The position numbers and the translations under genes are program-made. DNA of 64,000 bases from Rhodothermales bacterium (lineage in GTDB: Bacteria; Bacteroidota; Rhodothermia; Rhodothermales; Bin80), in NCBI GenBank assembly GCA_965216255.1, contig OZ244148.1, positions 838,623 through 902,622 of the forward strand, in the 5' to 3' direction. The notes beneath the pieces were generated by a model. The model searched no databases and had not been told where the DNA came from. It saw nothing but the letters and a program-made list of their open reading frames with translations. The first letter of the stretch is position 1; each line of letters begins with the position of its first letter. Positions 1-11,208 of this stretch are shown piece after piece.

Positions 1-413
1 ACGTCAGATTCTTGAAGGAGCGGCGCGAGGCGGCTCAAGAAAGAATTGATGAGGCACGGGAAGCAATTCACAGAGAGCTGAAGCTAGCATCTGCTAACGC
101 CCAGCTTCAGTCATACAGCCTTGCCCCACTGCAGCGCCTTAGCCAACGTGTTTCCTCATCAACGAGCCTTGCCCATATAGCCCAGATTGAGGCAGAAGCC
201 GAGCCGTGCAAGTCCGCCGCCTTTGAACAAATCGCCGAATTCGTTCAAACTATTGACGGACCGAAGCCCAAGCCGCGGCGCGTAGTTCGTCCGGCTACGC
301 TTGTGAAATCGGAGTTGCTAGAATCGCAGGCAGACGTTGACGCATTTCTGGGAGTACTGCGTGATAGGCTCATGGACGCCATTGCGTGTAATGAGCGAAT
401 CGAAATCGGTTAG
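1..413 (+). CDS. brxC: BREX ATPase BrxC, C-terminal fragment (5' end outside window)
   Basis: Open frame runs in from the window edge. It ends ...RRVVRPATLVKSELLESQADVDAFLGVLRDRLMDAI..ERIEI, typical of the BrxC C-terminus, and lies 6 bp upstream of pglX. Confidence 0.75.
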   Translation, partial: VRFLKERREAAQERIDEAREAIHRELKLASANAQLQSYSLAPLQRLSQRVSSSTSLAHIAQIEAEAEPCKSAAFEQIAEFVQTIDGPKPKPRRVVRPATLVKSELLESQADVDAFLGVLRDRLMDAIACNERIEIG

Positions 414-419
414 CGATCC

Positions 420-3400
420 ATGAACCTAAGCAGGCTTAAGTCTTACGCCCAAAAGGCACGGCGAGATTTCATTAGGGCTGTAACGGAAAGGGCGGCCGAG
501 TACGGCCTCACGGAGGTAGGAGTAGAGCCGCTGGTTCTGCGCGGAGACATTGCCCTTATAGGTGACCGAAAGTTCCCCGGCACTATTGTGCAACCCCGTA
601 GGCAGCTAGAGGATCTCATCCAGCGCAAGGGGTTTGGCCCAGTGATAGAAGAATTGGCCTACACGTGGTTCAACCGGATAGTTGCCATTCGCTACATGGA
701 GTTGCACGATTTCCTGGGCCACGAGATGCGGGTCCTTAGCCATCCCGATGGCCAGGAACACCCAGAAATCCTACAACGCGCCCATGAAGTAAACCTGCCG
801 GGTCTCGACAGGAATGAGGTGGTCGAACTCAAACTTTGCGGAACCCGGGATGAAAAGCTTTACCGTCTATTAATTCTTGCGCAGTGCAACGCGCTGCACA
901 GAGCGATGCCGTTCCTATTCGATCCGATCGGAAGCGGGACCGAGCTGCTTCTCCCCCGTAACCTTCTGCGCAAGGATTCTTTGGTTTACCAATTGGTGCA
1001 CGCCATTGATGAAAGCGCCTGGAATGAAATTGAAATAGTCGGCTGGCTTTACCAGTTCTATATATCGGAACGAAAGGATGAAGTGATCGGAAAGGTCGTG
1101 GCGTCAGAGGACATTCCTGCCGCCACGCAGCTTTTCACACCCAACTGGATTGTCAAGTACCTGGTGCAGAATTCGCTTGGCGCGGCATGGCTGGCTACCT
1201 ATCCTGAGTCTGGCATCGCCGAGGTAATGGACTATTATATAGCACCAGCCGCGCAGGATGAAGACGTACGGGCAGCGCTTGCTTCGATTACGCCAGAGAC
1301 GCTTGAGCCTGAAGAGCTTGCACTCTTAGATCCGGCCGCTGGCTCCGGGCACATCCTTGTCGAGGCCTATGACCTATTTAAGGTCATATATCTGGAGCGT
1401 GGCTACAGAAGGCAGGAAATACCGCGACTGATTCTCGAGAAAAATCTGTTTGGGCTGGACATCGATCAACGAGCCGCCCAGCTTGCCAGTTTTGCGCTAA
1501 TGATGAAGGCCCAATCTGACGACGAGGAATTGCTTTCACGTGGTGTTACGCCCAACATAGTGGGATTTGTCAATGGAACCGGCCTTGACGTGGGGCACCT
1601 GAGTCAAGGCTTGCCACTCTCCGACTATGGACTTGTCCAGCACGATCTACTAGTGCTCAAGGAGCTGTTTCTGCACGCAACAACGTTCGGCTCGCTCATC
1701 CAGGTGCCCAAGGAACTGGCAGCCAAGCTGCCTTCACTACGACGGCTCTGCGAGGCAACTAGCCGCGATTCCTTTGTGTCGAATGCCCTTCGGCTGCTAG
1801 GTCATCTGGTTCGGCAGACAGAATTGCTTGCCCGGCGGTACGACGTAATCGCAGCCAATCCGCCGTATATGGCGAGCAAATACCATGGACGTCACCTAAG
1901 GCCATTCCTGAAAAAGCATTACAAGGGCTACGACAGGGATCTTTTTTCTGCATTCATAGACAGAAGTCTCGCACTAAGCAGACCGCACGGCCGGCTGGGT
2001 TTCATGTCTCCGTTTGTGTGGATGTTTATTTCTACGCACGAACATCTTCGTACGCGACTGATCGATTTGGAGACCTTAACGTCTCTGGTGCAGCTCGAAT
2101 ACTCTGGATTCGACGGCGCAACTGTGCCTATCTGTACCTTCATTCTATCGAAGGGACATATAGCCAGACACAAAGGCTGCTTCATCCGGCTTACGGACTT
2201 TCGAGGTTCTAAGAATCAAGGGCCGAAAACACTTGAAGCAATTCGTAATCGCGATTGTGGTTGGTTCTTTGAAGCCGTGCCAGACTCATTCCATACGATC
2301 CCTGGTAGCCCGATTGCATACTGGGTCAGCGAGAGATTTCGGGACGTATTTGCGATTGGCACGCCTCTGGGAGAGCTGGTGGAAGCCCGCCAAGGACTGG
2401 GTACCGCCAACAATGATCTCTTCTTGCGCCGCTGGTGGGAAGTGGATATCGAAAAATGCGGATTCGGCATGAGTAGCCGGGAAGAGGCACTGCAATCTGG
2501 CAAGAAATGGTTTCCATGCAACAAAGGGGGACCATTCAGAAAATGGTATGGTAATCAGGAATACTTGATAAACTGGCAACAGGACGGACGCGCCATTCGG
2601 GCCTTTGGAACGGAGGACGGTGGTCGGCCACGGTCGGTAGTGCGCAACCCGGATTACTATTTTAGAGAAGCTTTGACCTGGTCTCTCGTCACCTCTGGAC
2701 CGACATCGTTTCGGTTAATAGATAGGGGTAGCATACATGACACCGCTGGGCATTCAGCGTTTAGTTTTTCCATAGTAGCACGCTCTTTACTTGCAGGCTA
2801 TTGCAATACACCAATTGTGAAGCCCATTGTAGGCACACTGAATCCGACACTAAACTTTCAAATCGGTGACTTTGTCAAACTTCCGTTTATCCAAAATACG
2901 AATGACCAGCTTGCCCACGCCGTTATTCGAAATGTTGATGTACTTTCTAAGATCGCGCGTAGAGACTGGAATGCCTCCGAACATTCATGGGACTTCCAGT
3001 CTAATTCGATATTGGGCCCGTCGTCCAACCATCACTCCACCATTGAATCAAGTTACCATGTGTGGATCGCGGAGAACAAAGACACCGTAGCCGAAACAAA
3101 ACGCCTTGAAGAGGAAAACAACCGACTCTTCATTGAAACGTACGGCCTTACCGCTGAGCTCTCACCCGAGGTACCAATTGAGGAAATCACCCTTACGGTA
3201 AACCCCGCCTACAGATATCGAAGAGATAGAGGCCTGACCGAATCGGAGAGATGGGCCCGTTTCCGCCGGGACACTACGGCTGAGATTGTCTCCTACGCGG
3301 TCGGTTGCATGATGGGACGCTACAGCCTGGACGAGCCGGGCCTCGCATACACAAGAAGTGATGGCACGGGCTTCGACCCGCACCTGTATTCCAGTTTCCC

Positions 3401-4025
3401 GGCAGACGACGATGGCATAGTCCCGATAACAGACGACGCGTGGTTTGAAGATGACGCGGCAAATCGCTTCATCAAATTCGTTGCAACTGCGTGGGACCCG
3501 GCGCATCTGGAAGAAAATCTCTCCTTCGTGGCAAAAAGCTTGTCGTCTACAAGAGCCGATTCCAGCCGCGATACACTCCGGCGCTACTTCGCCACTGGTT
3601 TCTACAAGGACCATCTCGCGACCTATAAGAAGCGCCCGATCTACTGGCTCTTTACCTGCGGCAGAGGAAGAGCCTTCCAATGTCTTGTTTACCTGCACCG
3701 CTATAACGAAGGCACGCTGGCGCGCATGCGCACCGAGTACGTAATTCCGCTGCAGGGCTTGATCGCATCCCGGATTCACCAATTGGGGCAAGACGTGAAC
3801 GCCACTACAATCAGGGCGCGCCGCCGGAGGCTGGATAAGGAGCGAGAGAAACTGTCGAGACAACAGGAAGAGCTTCGGACCTTTGACGAGAAGCTCCGCT
3901 ACTTCGCCGACATGCGCATTCGGCTTGACCTGGATGACGGCGTGAAGGTCAATTACGGAAAGTTCGGCGATTTGCTGTCTGACGTGAAGAGCGTAACAGG
4001 CAAGCGGCCAGAATCATGGAAGTAG
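420..4025 (+). CDS. pglX: BREX-1 adenine-specific DNA methyltransferase PglX
   Basis: 1201 aa. IPAATQLFTPNWIVKYLVQNSLG, SAM motif LDPAAGSGH, catalytic NPPY, C-terminal DLDDGVKVNYGKFGDLL. Confidence 0.95.
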   Translation: MNLSRLKSYAQKARRDFIRAVTERAAEYGLTEVGVEPLVLRGDIALIGDRKFPGTIVQPRRQLEDLIQRKGFGPVIEELAYTWFNRIVAIRYMELHDFLGHEMRVLSHPDGQEHPEILQRAHEVNLPGLDRNEVVELKLCGTRDEKLYRLLILAQCNALHRAMPFLFDPIGSGTELLLPRNLLRKDSLVYQLVHAIDESAWNEIEIVGWLYQFYISERKDEVIGKVVASEDIPAATQLFTPNWIVKYLVQNSLGAAWLATYPESGIAEVMDYYIAPAAQDEDVRAALASITPETLEPEELALLDPAAGSGHILVEAYDLFKVIYLERGYRRQEIPRLILEKNLFGLDIDQRAAQLASFALMMKAQSDDEELLSRGVTPNIVGFVNGTGLDVGHLSQGLPLSDYGLVQHDLLVLKELFLHATTFGSLIQVPKELAAKLPSLRRLCEATSRDSFVSNALRLLGHLVRQTELLARRYDVIAANPPYMASKYHGRHLRPFLKKHYKGYDRDLFSAFIDRSLALSRPHGRLGFMSPFVWMFISTHEHLRTRLIDLETLTSLVQLEYSGFDGATVPICTFILSKGHIARHKGCFIRLTDFRGSKNQGPKTLEAIRNRDCGWFFEAVPDSFHTIPGSPIAYWVSERFRDVFAIGTPLGELVEARQGLGTANNDLFLRRWWEVDIEKCGFGMSSREEALQSGKKWFPCNKGGPFRKWYGNQEYLINWQQDGRAIRAFGTEDGGRPRSVVRNPDYYFREALTWSLVTSGPTSFRLIDRGSIHDTAGHSAFSFSIVARSLLAGYCNTPIVKPIVGTLNPTLNFQIGDFVKLPFIQNTNDQLAHAVIRNVDVLSKIARRDWNASEHSWDFQSNSILGPSSNHHSTIESSYHVWIAENKDTVAETKRLEEENNRLFIETYGLTAELSPEVPIEEITLTVNPAYRYRRDRGLTESERWARFRRDTTAEIVSYAVGCMMGRYSLDEPGLAYTRSDGTGFDPHLYSSFPADDDGIVPITDDAWFEDDAANRFIKFVATAWDPAHLEENLSFVAKSLSSTRADSSRDTLRRYFATGFYKDHLATYKKRPIYWLFTCGRGRAFQCLVYLHRYNEGTLARMRTEYVIPLQGLIASRIHQLGQDVNATTIRARRRRLDKEREKLSRQQEELRTFDEKLRYFADMRIRLDLDDGVKVNYGKFGDLLSDVKSVTGKRPESWK

Positions 4026-6610
4026 CGCAAATCGCCTCCGACCTGAGGCGGGTCTTCGAACGGGAGTGCTGCCGGATTGTCTTCTGGGATGACCCGGAGG
4101 CGGACTTTAAGGAAGCCTGGCCGGATTTGGCGCTTGAAGGCGTGCAGATCATTAACCTGTGCGACATAAGTGCCTTGGAAGTCAAAGTGCATCTAGAACT
4201 GGAAGACGCTGCTAGCAAGTACCTCCTGTATTCGGCAGCAGAAGTGTCACGACATAGCGAAGACTGGCTGCGGGACATAAGGCTGTACAGCCAGAGCTTT
4301 CGGGCCGATCGGGCATCCATGATCCTGCGCGACCTTGGTCTTAGCGGGCCGAATGTACGCGAGCATATCAAACGATGCTTCAAGTTCTGCGCCAGCAAGG
4401 ACCGTCGCGCAAGGCTGAAACATTTCGTCGAGAGCAGTGACACCGAGAGCGACCTGGACAGAAAGATGCTCGCGGTGGCCTGCAAATCCGACCGAGCAGA
4501 AGCTTTCAGCATCGTTCGCATGCTAATGCACTCGATGGCCTCAGTCGAAGGCCTGGACCTGGTAGGCGTGCCCCCGGCATGGGAGCAAATAGAGCGATTC
4601 GGGCTGGATTCTGCGTTCTGGGAATTAATGCGGCGGCATTTCGGGTATGCAGCGGAAGAGCCCCGGTTCGCGGACCTCGTCTCCCGCATGCTAGTCTCCG
4701 ACTTTGGCCATCACCTAACGGGTACGCTGCCGGTGGAGCTGCATGGCCTACAGCTTCCGCCATCCGGCACCCAGAATGCGGTTGTGTTTCTAGCCCAGTG
4801 GAGAGACAGAAGTAGCAAGGCAAGCAGCTATAACTGGTGGGCTGAACAAGTATGTGGCCTCTTGCAAATGAACGACCGCTTGCGAGGCTACGAATTAGAA
4901 GACGTCCTCGGCATCACCACATTCGCGGGCGTGGACACGTTTGTCGTCGAGGAATTAGTTCAGCGTCTGCGAGCCGGCTCTTCAGCCGACGCTGTTGAAC
5001 GCATTATCGACCACCGGCGGCCCTGCCACTGGGTGTCTTCCGACTCGGTGCCGGACGAGCGACGGAAAGCCCGCTCGTCCGTGTACGAGGCACTCGCGGC
5101 GGCAGCACACCTGCTCGAACTGCGACGCACATACGAAAGCGGATTTGAATCTGGAGATGCAACATCGCTGTACAAGCAGTACGAGACCGAGCTGTTCCGT
5201 TTCGATCAGTTGTACCGACACTTTTGCGTGCATGCCGATGTGGCGGCCGCACGTGGCATCGATCTGCTCAAGCCTCTCCGCACGGAGATCGAGCAGTGCT
5301 ACGCCAACTGGTATCTCACAAACATCGCCCTTGCATGGAACCAACATGTGGACACTTGTCTTCCCGAGAGATGGGAATGCGGCCGGGCGCCACATCAGTA
5401 CCGCTTCTTCTTAGACAACGTTCAACCGTGGCTACGCAGCAGTCCCAACCGGCGCGCGTTCGTCATTGTCAGCGATGCACTGCGCTACGAAGTGGCCGAA
5501 GAATTGATGCGCGCGTTGAATCTGGCGCCAAGCCTCAATGCCGAATTGACATCCCAACTTGGCGTACTGCCGTCCTACACGGCGCTCGGCATGGCAAGTC
5601 TGCTTCCACACCGCAAGCTTTCCTATACCGCCAACGGCGAGGTCTTGCTTGATGGCAAGCCGTCGGCTTCGCTGGTACAGCGAAGCGAAATCCTAGGCTG
5701 CGTGGACGGCTTGGCAATTAGAGCCGAAGAGCTTCTTGCGCTTGGTCGGGAGCCGGCACGAAAGCGCGTCTCCGATGTACGCATACTTTACGTCTATCAC
5801 AACGAAATAGACGCCACGGGCGATTCGGCAAATACCGAATCGCATGCATTCGAGGCCGCAGGACGTGCCATTGAGGATCTGGAAAGATTGGTCAAGTATC
5901 TCGTTAACACGCTGAATGCCAACTATGTGGTTATAACGGCCGATCACGGGTTTCTGTTTACGTATTCCGCGCCCGAGCTACCGGACAAGAGCAGGATCGA
6001 TCGTAGGCCTGACGGCACCGTGGTCGCAAAGAAGCGGTATCTCCTAGGACAGGACCTTCCCGAATTCGAGCATGCCTGGCGCGGTGAAACGAAGGTAACG
6101 GCAAGGGCGTCAGGTGGCATGAAGTTTTGGATTCCGAAAGGCAACAACCGCTTTCATTTTTCCGGGGGCGCACGCTTCGTCCACGGCGGTGCCATGCTGC
6201 AGGAAGTCGTGGTGCCGATCATCAAGGTGAGGCGGAAGGCAGGGAAAAAGAATGGAGGAAAGGCCCATAGGCAGGTCGAGGTGCAGGTCATGGGCACCCG
6301 GCACCGCATCACCACGCCCCGGCACCGCTTCAATCTGCTCCAGATGGAACCGGTCAACCAGAGCACGCGGGAAGTTACGCTCAAGATCGCCGTGTACGAG
6401 GAAGAGCAGCCCGTCACGGATATTCAGACTGTGACATTTTCCAGTACGTCCCGCAACATGGAAGAGCGCCAGAAATCCGTTGTCCTGACGCTCCGCGATC
6501 AGCCCTACAGCAAGCGCACCTCGTACCGACTGGTGCTTCGCAATGCGCTGACGGGAATAAGACACGAGATACCGGTAATTGTTGACCGAGCCTTTAGCGA
6601 TGACTTCTGA
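4016..6610 (+). CDS. pglZ: BREX-1 PglZ alkaline-phosphatase-fold protein
   Basis: 864 aa. IVSDALRYE, LPSYTALGMASLLP, TADHGF and FVHGGAMLQEVVVP motifs; overlaps the pglX stop. Confidence 0.93.
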   Translation: MEVAQIASDLRRVFERECCRIVFWDDPEADFKEAWPDLALEGVQIINLCDISALEVKVHLELEDAASKYLLYSAAEVSRHSEDWLRDIRLYSQSFRADRASMILRDLGLSGPNVREHIKRCFKFCASKDRRARLKHFVESSDTESDLDRKMLAVACKSDRAEAFSIVRMLMHSMASVEGLDLVGVPPAWEQIERFGLDSAFWELMRRHFGYAAEEPRFADLVSRMLVSDFGHHLTGTLPVELHGLQLPPSGTQNAVVFLAQWRDRSSKASSYNWWAEQVCGLLQMNDRLRGYELEDVLGITTFAGVDTFVVEELVQRLRAGSSADAVERIIDHRRPCHWVSSDSVPDERRKARSSVYEALAAAAHLLELRRTYESGFESGDATSLYKQYETELFRFDQLYRHFCVHADVAAARGIDLLKPLRTEIEQCYANWYLTNIALAWNQHVDTCLPERWECGRAPHQYRFFLDNVQPWLRSSPNRRAFVIVSDALRYEVAEELMRALNLAPSLNAELTSQLGVLPSYTALGMASLLPHRKLSYTANGEVLLDGKPSASLVQRSEILGCVDGLAIRAEELLALGREPARKRVSDVRILYVYHNEIDATGDSANTESHAFEAAGRAIEDLERLVKYLVNTLNANYVVITADHGFLFTYSAPELPDKSRIDRRPDGTVVAKKRYLLGQDLPEFEHAWRGETKVTARASGGMKFWIPKGNNRFHFSGGARFVHGGAMLQEVVVPIIKVRRKAGKKNGGKAHRQVEVQVMGTRHRITTPRHRFNLLQMEPVNQSTREVTLKIAVYEEEQPVTDIQTVTFSSTSRNMEERQKSVVLTLRDQPYSKRTSYRLVLRNALTGIRHEIPVIVDRAFSDDF

Positions 6611-8648
6611 CGTGGCCACCACTGATGCTGGCCTGGACCTACTCTTGAACGCGCATTTCCCGGGCCGCGTCGTTCGCAAAGACCTGACCAAGCTGGTAAA
6701 GGAAGGCGCAAACGTGCCGATCTATGTGCTGGAGTATCTCCTGGGCAGCTACTGCGCAACAGATGATACCACCCTGATAGAGGATGGCATTTCCGCAGTA
6801 AAGCGCATTCTGGCTGATAATTACGTGCGACCGGACGAAGCGGAAAAGATGAAGTCTGTGATCCGCGAGCGCGGCAGCCTTAGGGTAATTGACAAGGTGA
6901 CGGTCAAGCTGAACGAAAAGCGGGATGCATACGAGGCCCATCTCCTCAATCTTGGCACGAAGGGCATCGATGTGGGCGCCGCCACGGTCCGAAAGTACGA
7001 GAAATTGCTGGCAGGCGGGATCTGGTCGATCATCACCATGCGGTACTATTACGAATCCGGCCAAAAGGGATCGCCTTTTCTTATCGAGAAGCTCAAGCCC
7101 ATCCAGATGGCCAGTATGGACATGGATGAGTTGCTGGACGCCCGGGCGCAGTTTACCGAGTCCGCATGGATAGACGTACTGCTCCGCTCCAGCGGCTATG
7201 AGCCCACCCAGTTTGAGAATCGTGTAAAGTGGCACTTGCTCTGCCGACTCGTACCGCTTGTCGAGAACAACTTCAATGTTTGCGAACTGGGCCCTCGCGG
7301 CACGGGCAAGAGTCACATTTACAAGGAAGTCAGTCCCTACAGCATTCTGGTTTCGGGCGGACAGACCACCGTGGCTAATCTGTTTTACAACCTGTCCACG
7401 CGCCGGTTGGGGCTTGTCGGCGTATGGGACGTTGTTGCATTTGATGAAGTGGCCGGAATTCGATTCAAGGATCAGGGCGGCGTCCAGATCATGAAGGACT
7501 ATATGGCGTCAGGATCCTTTGCGCGGGGGCGTGACCAGATCAATGCCAATGCGTCCATGGTATTCATTGGCAACATCAATCAGCCAGTGGAAGAGCTGGT
7601 CAAGACCAGTCATCTGTTGGCACCCTTCCCGGAGGCCATGATTGACGCGGCATTCTTTGACCGCTTACATGCCTACATCCCGGGATGGGAAATCCCGAAA
7701 ATGCGTCCGGAATTCTTCACAAATCAATACGGACTCATAGTAGACTACTTGGCTGAGTTCTTGCGCGAGATGCGCAAACGCACGTTCGGCGATGCCATAA
7801 ATAAGTACTTCAGCCTGGGGCGGGACCTGAACCAGCGCGATACCATCGCCGTCAAGCATACGGTATCCGGCCTCCTGAAGCTGCTCTATCCGAACGAGAC
7901 CTACGACAAGGAGGCGGTTCGGCGCTGTCTGGAGTACGCCCTGGAAAGCCGACGAAGGGTGAAGGAGCAGCTCAAGAAGATTGGTGGCATGGAGTTCTAC
8001 GATGTCCACTTTTCGTACCTGGATTCAGAAACACTGGAGGAGCACCATGTTACCGTGCCCGAGCAGGGAAGCGGCGGGCTCATTCCTGAAGATCCCCTGG
8101 GGCCGGGCGTCCTGCACGTCGTGGCGCCCGGCACCGGCGGCCGCCCGGGCATCTACCGCTTGGAAACACAGATCACATCCGGCAATGGCAAACTCACCAT
8201 TACAGGCCTCGGACTAAGTGCACCGGCAAAGGAAGGCATCAAGGTAGGCTTCGATTTCTTCAAGGCAAATGCCACGTCTGTCAGCGCGGCGGCTAAGGCG
8301 AGTGAATTTAACTTTCACCTCCAGGTCGCCGACTTACTGAACACGGGCCCCTCACCTGGCCTCACACTTGCCACATTCCTCGGCCTGAGCTCGGGTCTTC
8401 TAGATAGGCCAGTTCGGTCGCAAATGGTGGTGCTCGGTTCCATGAGCATCGGGGGCACCATTACACGTGTCGACAGCTTGGCAGGATCACTGCAGGTTGC
8501 CGCGGACGCCGGAGCAAGCAAGGTGCTGCTGCCGATGGCCAGTGTCGGCGATCTTCCCACCGTTCCAGGAGAACTGTTCGCACGCTTTCAGACCAGTTTC
8601 TATTCGGATCCCAGAGATGCCGCGTTCAAGAGTCTTGGCAAGCGTTGA
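6600..8648 (+). CDS. brxL: BREX Lon-like protease/AAA+ protein BrxL
   Basis: VVRKDLTKLVKEGANVPIYVLEYLLG, Walker A GPRGTGKS, VAFDEVAG, C-terminal Lon-like domain. The ATG at 6600 overlaps the pglZ end. Confidence 0.93.
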   Translation: MTSDVATTDAGLDLLLNAHFPGRVVRKDLTKLVKEGANVPIYVLEYLLGSYCATDDTTLIEDGISAVKRILADNYVRPDEAEKMKSVIRERGSLRVIDKVTVKLNEKRDAYEAHLLNLGTKGIDVGAATVRKYEKLLAGGIWSIITMRYYYESGQKGSPFLIEKLKPIQMASMDMDELLDARAQFTESAWIDVLLRSSGYEPTQFENRVKWHLLCRLVPLVENNFNVCELGPRGTGKSHIYKEVSPYSILVSGGQTTVANLFYNLSTRRLGLVGVWDVVAFDEVAGIRFKDQGGVQIMKDYMASGSFARGRDQINANASMVFIGNINQPVEELVKTSHLLAPFPEAMIDAAFFDRLHAYIPGWEIPKMRPEFFTNQYGLIVDYLAEFLREMRKRTFGDAINKYFSLGRDLNQRDTIAVKHTVSGLLKLLYPNETYDKEAVRRCLEYALESRRRVKEQLKKIGGMEFYDVHFSYLDSETLEEHHVTVPEQGSGGLIPEDPLGPGVLHVVAPGTGGRPGIYRLETQITSGNGKLTITGLGLSAPAKEGIKVGFDFFKANATSVSAAAKASEFNFHLQVADLLNTGPSPGLTLATFLGLSSGLLDRPVRSQMVVLGSMSIGGTITRVDSLAGSLQVAADAGASKVLLPMASVGDLPTVPGELFARFQTSFYSDPRDAAFKSLGKR

Positions 8649-8944
8649 ATTTAAACTAATAATCGTGTCTTCTTACGATTCACATTGGCTGCTTTCAGAT
8701 TCACATGTGATCCCTCCAGAGCTGTGCGACCTCCTGCTATCAAGACTGCGATATAACACCGTAGAAAGAACTCAACGAGCTGAATGAGCCTTTGTCCGCT
8801 CCAATCCACGATGTATCACCGCCTGATCTATTGGCATCAGATACGACTCGAATGACCTGATTGCCCAATTATCATATTCAAAATCCCCTTCTTGACGCAC
8901 GGGAATTCAAGCTAGAGTTCACGACGACGGGAACCTGCCCACCA

Positions 8945-10423
8945 TCAGAACTTCCTGCTCCACGCGTCCGGCCAACGTTCCACCACCACCTTCGTCTGCG
9001 TGTAGAACTCAACCGCGTGCCGCCCCTGTGCGTGAAGCGTGCCATAAAAACTGTCCTTCCAGCCGCTGAAGGGAAAGAATGCCATGGGTGCGGCAACTCC
9101 AAGGTTGATCCCAATGTTGCCCGCATCTACCTCGTATCGAAACTGCCGGGCAGCTGCTCCGCTTCGGGTGAATAAGCAGGCCATGTTTCCGAACGGCTTC
9201 CTGTTAACCAGATCAATGGCCTCCTGAAGCGTTGACGTGTGCAGCAGGCCGAATACGGGGCCGAAGGCTTCCGTCCTGGCGAGCTCGCCGTCCACTTTAA
9301 GTCCATCCAAAAGCGTTGGAAAAACCCAGTTACCCTGGCCAAGGCCTTCGACCGACGCTCCACGGCCGTCCACGATGACGCGCGCCCCGTCCTTTTCGGC
9401 CGCCGCGACCAGCCCTTCTATCCGGCTCCTGCTTTCGCGCGTAATTACAGGCCCCATTTGCACGCCCTCCTCCAATCCGTATCCCACACGCCTGCTGGCG
9501 GCCGCTTCACGCATTGCCTCGGTAAAGGGCTCCCTGGCCTCTGCCACCGTGATGGCCAGCGAATTCGCGAGGCAGCGCTGCCCAGCACAGCCGTAGGCCG
9601 AGTCAGCTACAATCTTCGTGGTCATGTCCATGGCAGCATCCGGCAGTATAACAGCCGTATTCTTGGCGCCACCCTGGCACTGCGCGCGCTTGCCGTGGGC
9701 TGCCGCCTGCGCATACACATAGCGCGCCACCGGCGTGGAGCCCACAAAGCTTATGGCCCGGACAGCCTCGTGCTCAAGCAGGGCGTCTACGGTTGGCTTG
9801 CTACCGTGGAGCAACTGTACGACGCCATCCGGCAGTCCCGTTTGTGCAAGAAGTTCGACCAGACGGTGACTCGTCACCGGCACCTTTTCACTGGGCTTGA
9901 GAATAAAGCAGTTGCCGCACGCAATGGCATATGGCAGGAACCAGAGCGGTATCATGCCCGGGAAATTGAACGGTGTAATGGCCGCTACCACGCCCAGCGG
10001 CTGCCGAATCATATGCTCGTCAATGCCCCGTGCAATGTCTTCATTGTTATTGCCCTGCATCAGCATGGGGATGCCGCAGGCTACTTCAACGTTCTCGATG
10101 CCTCGTCTCAATTCGCCGCGACTTTCGGCAAGCGTCTTGCCACATTCTTCCGTTATCGTTCGGGCAAGACTGTCCAGATGCTCTTCCAGCAACCGCTTGT
10201 AGGCAAACAGAAATTGGATGCGTTCAGTCGCCGGCGTGCGGCGCCACGTTGCAAAGGCGCGGGATGCGGCCTGCGCCGCAGATGCTACCTCTTCTGCAGG
10301 TGACAGCGGCACGCGTGCCAGCATGGCGCCGGTGGCAGGGTTCGTCGCCTCAACAAAGCCGGATGCACGCGACTGCGTCCAGCTCCCGTTGATATAATTC
10401 GGCAGTATTGCAGCGTCAGTCAT
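8945..10423 (-). CDS. iolA: CoA-acylating methylmalonate/malonate-semialdehyde dehydrogenase
   Basis: ALDH motifs ITPFNFP, KPSE, SFVGST and catalytic GCAGQRC; located in an iol cluster. Confidence 0.88.
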   Translation of the reverse strand: MTDAAILPNYINGSWTQSRASGFVEATNPATGAMLARVPLSPAEEVASAAQAASRAFATWRRTPATERIQFLFAYKRLLEEHLDSLARTITEECGKTLAESRGELRRGIENVEVACGIPMLMQGNNNEDIARGIDEHMIRQPLGVVAAITPFNFPGMIPLWFLPYAIACGNCFILKPSEKVPVTSHRLVELLAQTGLPDGVVQLLHGSKPTVDALLEHEAVRAISFVGSTPVARYVYAQAAAHGKRAQCQGGAKNTAVILPDAAMDMTTKIVADSAYGCAGQRCLANSLAITVAEAREPFTEAMREAAASRRVGYGLEEGVQMGPVITRESRSRIEGLVAAAEKDGARVIVDGRGASVEGLGQGNWVFPTLLDGLKVDGELARTEAFGPVFGLLHTSTLQEAIDLVNRKPFGNMACLFTRSGAAARQFRYEVDAGNIGINLGVAAPMAFFPFSGWKDSFYGTLHAQGRHAVEFYTQTKVVVERWPDAWSRKF

Positions 10424-10455
10424 GGGGGGGGGGCGTTTGGAGACGTTTCAATGCC

Positions 10456-11208
10456 TTAGGCGGCAGCCATCATTTCTAACACCTGTTCGCGGGTGATCTC
10501 ATCTTTGCGAAACGTGCCGAAGAGCCGTCCATGGCGCAGTATGGTAAATGTATCGGATGCCGGGTAGGCATGATGCACATTGTGGGTGATGAAGATAACA
10601 CCGACGCCGCGATTGCGGGCGGCGTCTATATCCTCCAGCACGGCAGCAGCCTCGGAGACGCCGAGCGCGGACGTGGGCTCATCTAAAATCAAGACGCGTG
10701 CGCCCAGATGCACGGCCCGCGCAATGGCGACAGACTGGCGCTCGCCGCCGGAGAGTGTGCCAACCGGCTGCGTGGTCGTGCGGAGCTTTATTCCGAGGCG
10801 GGCGAGTCCTTCACGGGTCATTCGGTCCGCTTCCCGGATATCGAGACGCCGTAGCGGCCCCCACCCCAGCTTCGGCTCCGCTCCGAGCACGAAGTTGCGG
10901 GCCACACTGAGATGCGGGATCATGGCCAGATCCTGGTACACGGTCGCGATGCCGTGGCGGATGGCGTCCCGCGGCGACCGGAAGACCACGGGGGCACCCT
11001 CCATCAGAATACCCCCGGCATCGGGGGCATAAAAGCCTGAAAGGCATTTTATCAGCGTGGACTTCCCGGCCCCATTGTCGCCCAGGAGTGCGGTTACTTC
11101 GCCGGCGCGCACCCCCATGTCAATGCCTTCCAGCGCCATCACGCGGCCGAAGTGCTTGGATAGCGACCTTATTTCCAGCAGGGGCTGCTCCATTTTGGCC
11201 TTGTTCAT
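10456..11208 (-). CDS. Sugar (inositol) ABC transporter ATP-binding protein
   Basis: Walker A GDNGAGKS, signature LSGGERQ, Walker B ILDEPT. Confidence 0.92.
   Translation of the reverse strand: MNKAKMEQPLLEIRSLSKHFGRVMALEGIDMGVRAGEVTALLGDNGAGKSTLIKCLSGFYAPDAGGILMEGAPVVFRSPRDAIRHGIATVYQDLAMIPHLSVARNFVLGAEPKLGWGPLRRLDIREADRMTREGLARLGIKLRTTTQPVGTLSGGERQSVAIARAVHLGARVLILDEPTSALGVSEAAAVLEDIDAARNRGVGVIFITHNVHHAYPASDTFTILRHGRLFGTFRKDEITREQVLEMMAAA

Noticed and set aside
8649-8944. AT-richer gap between brxL and iolA as an extra BREX gene or att site
   Set aside because: Only short ORFs without recognisable motifs, and no repeat partner visible in the window.
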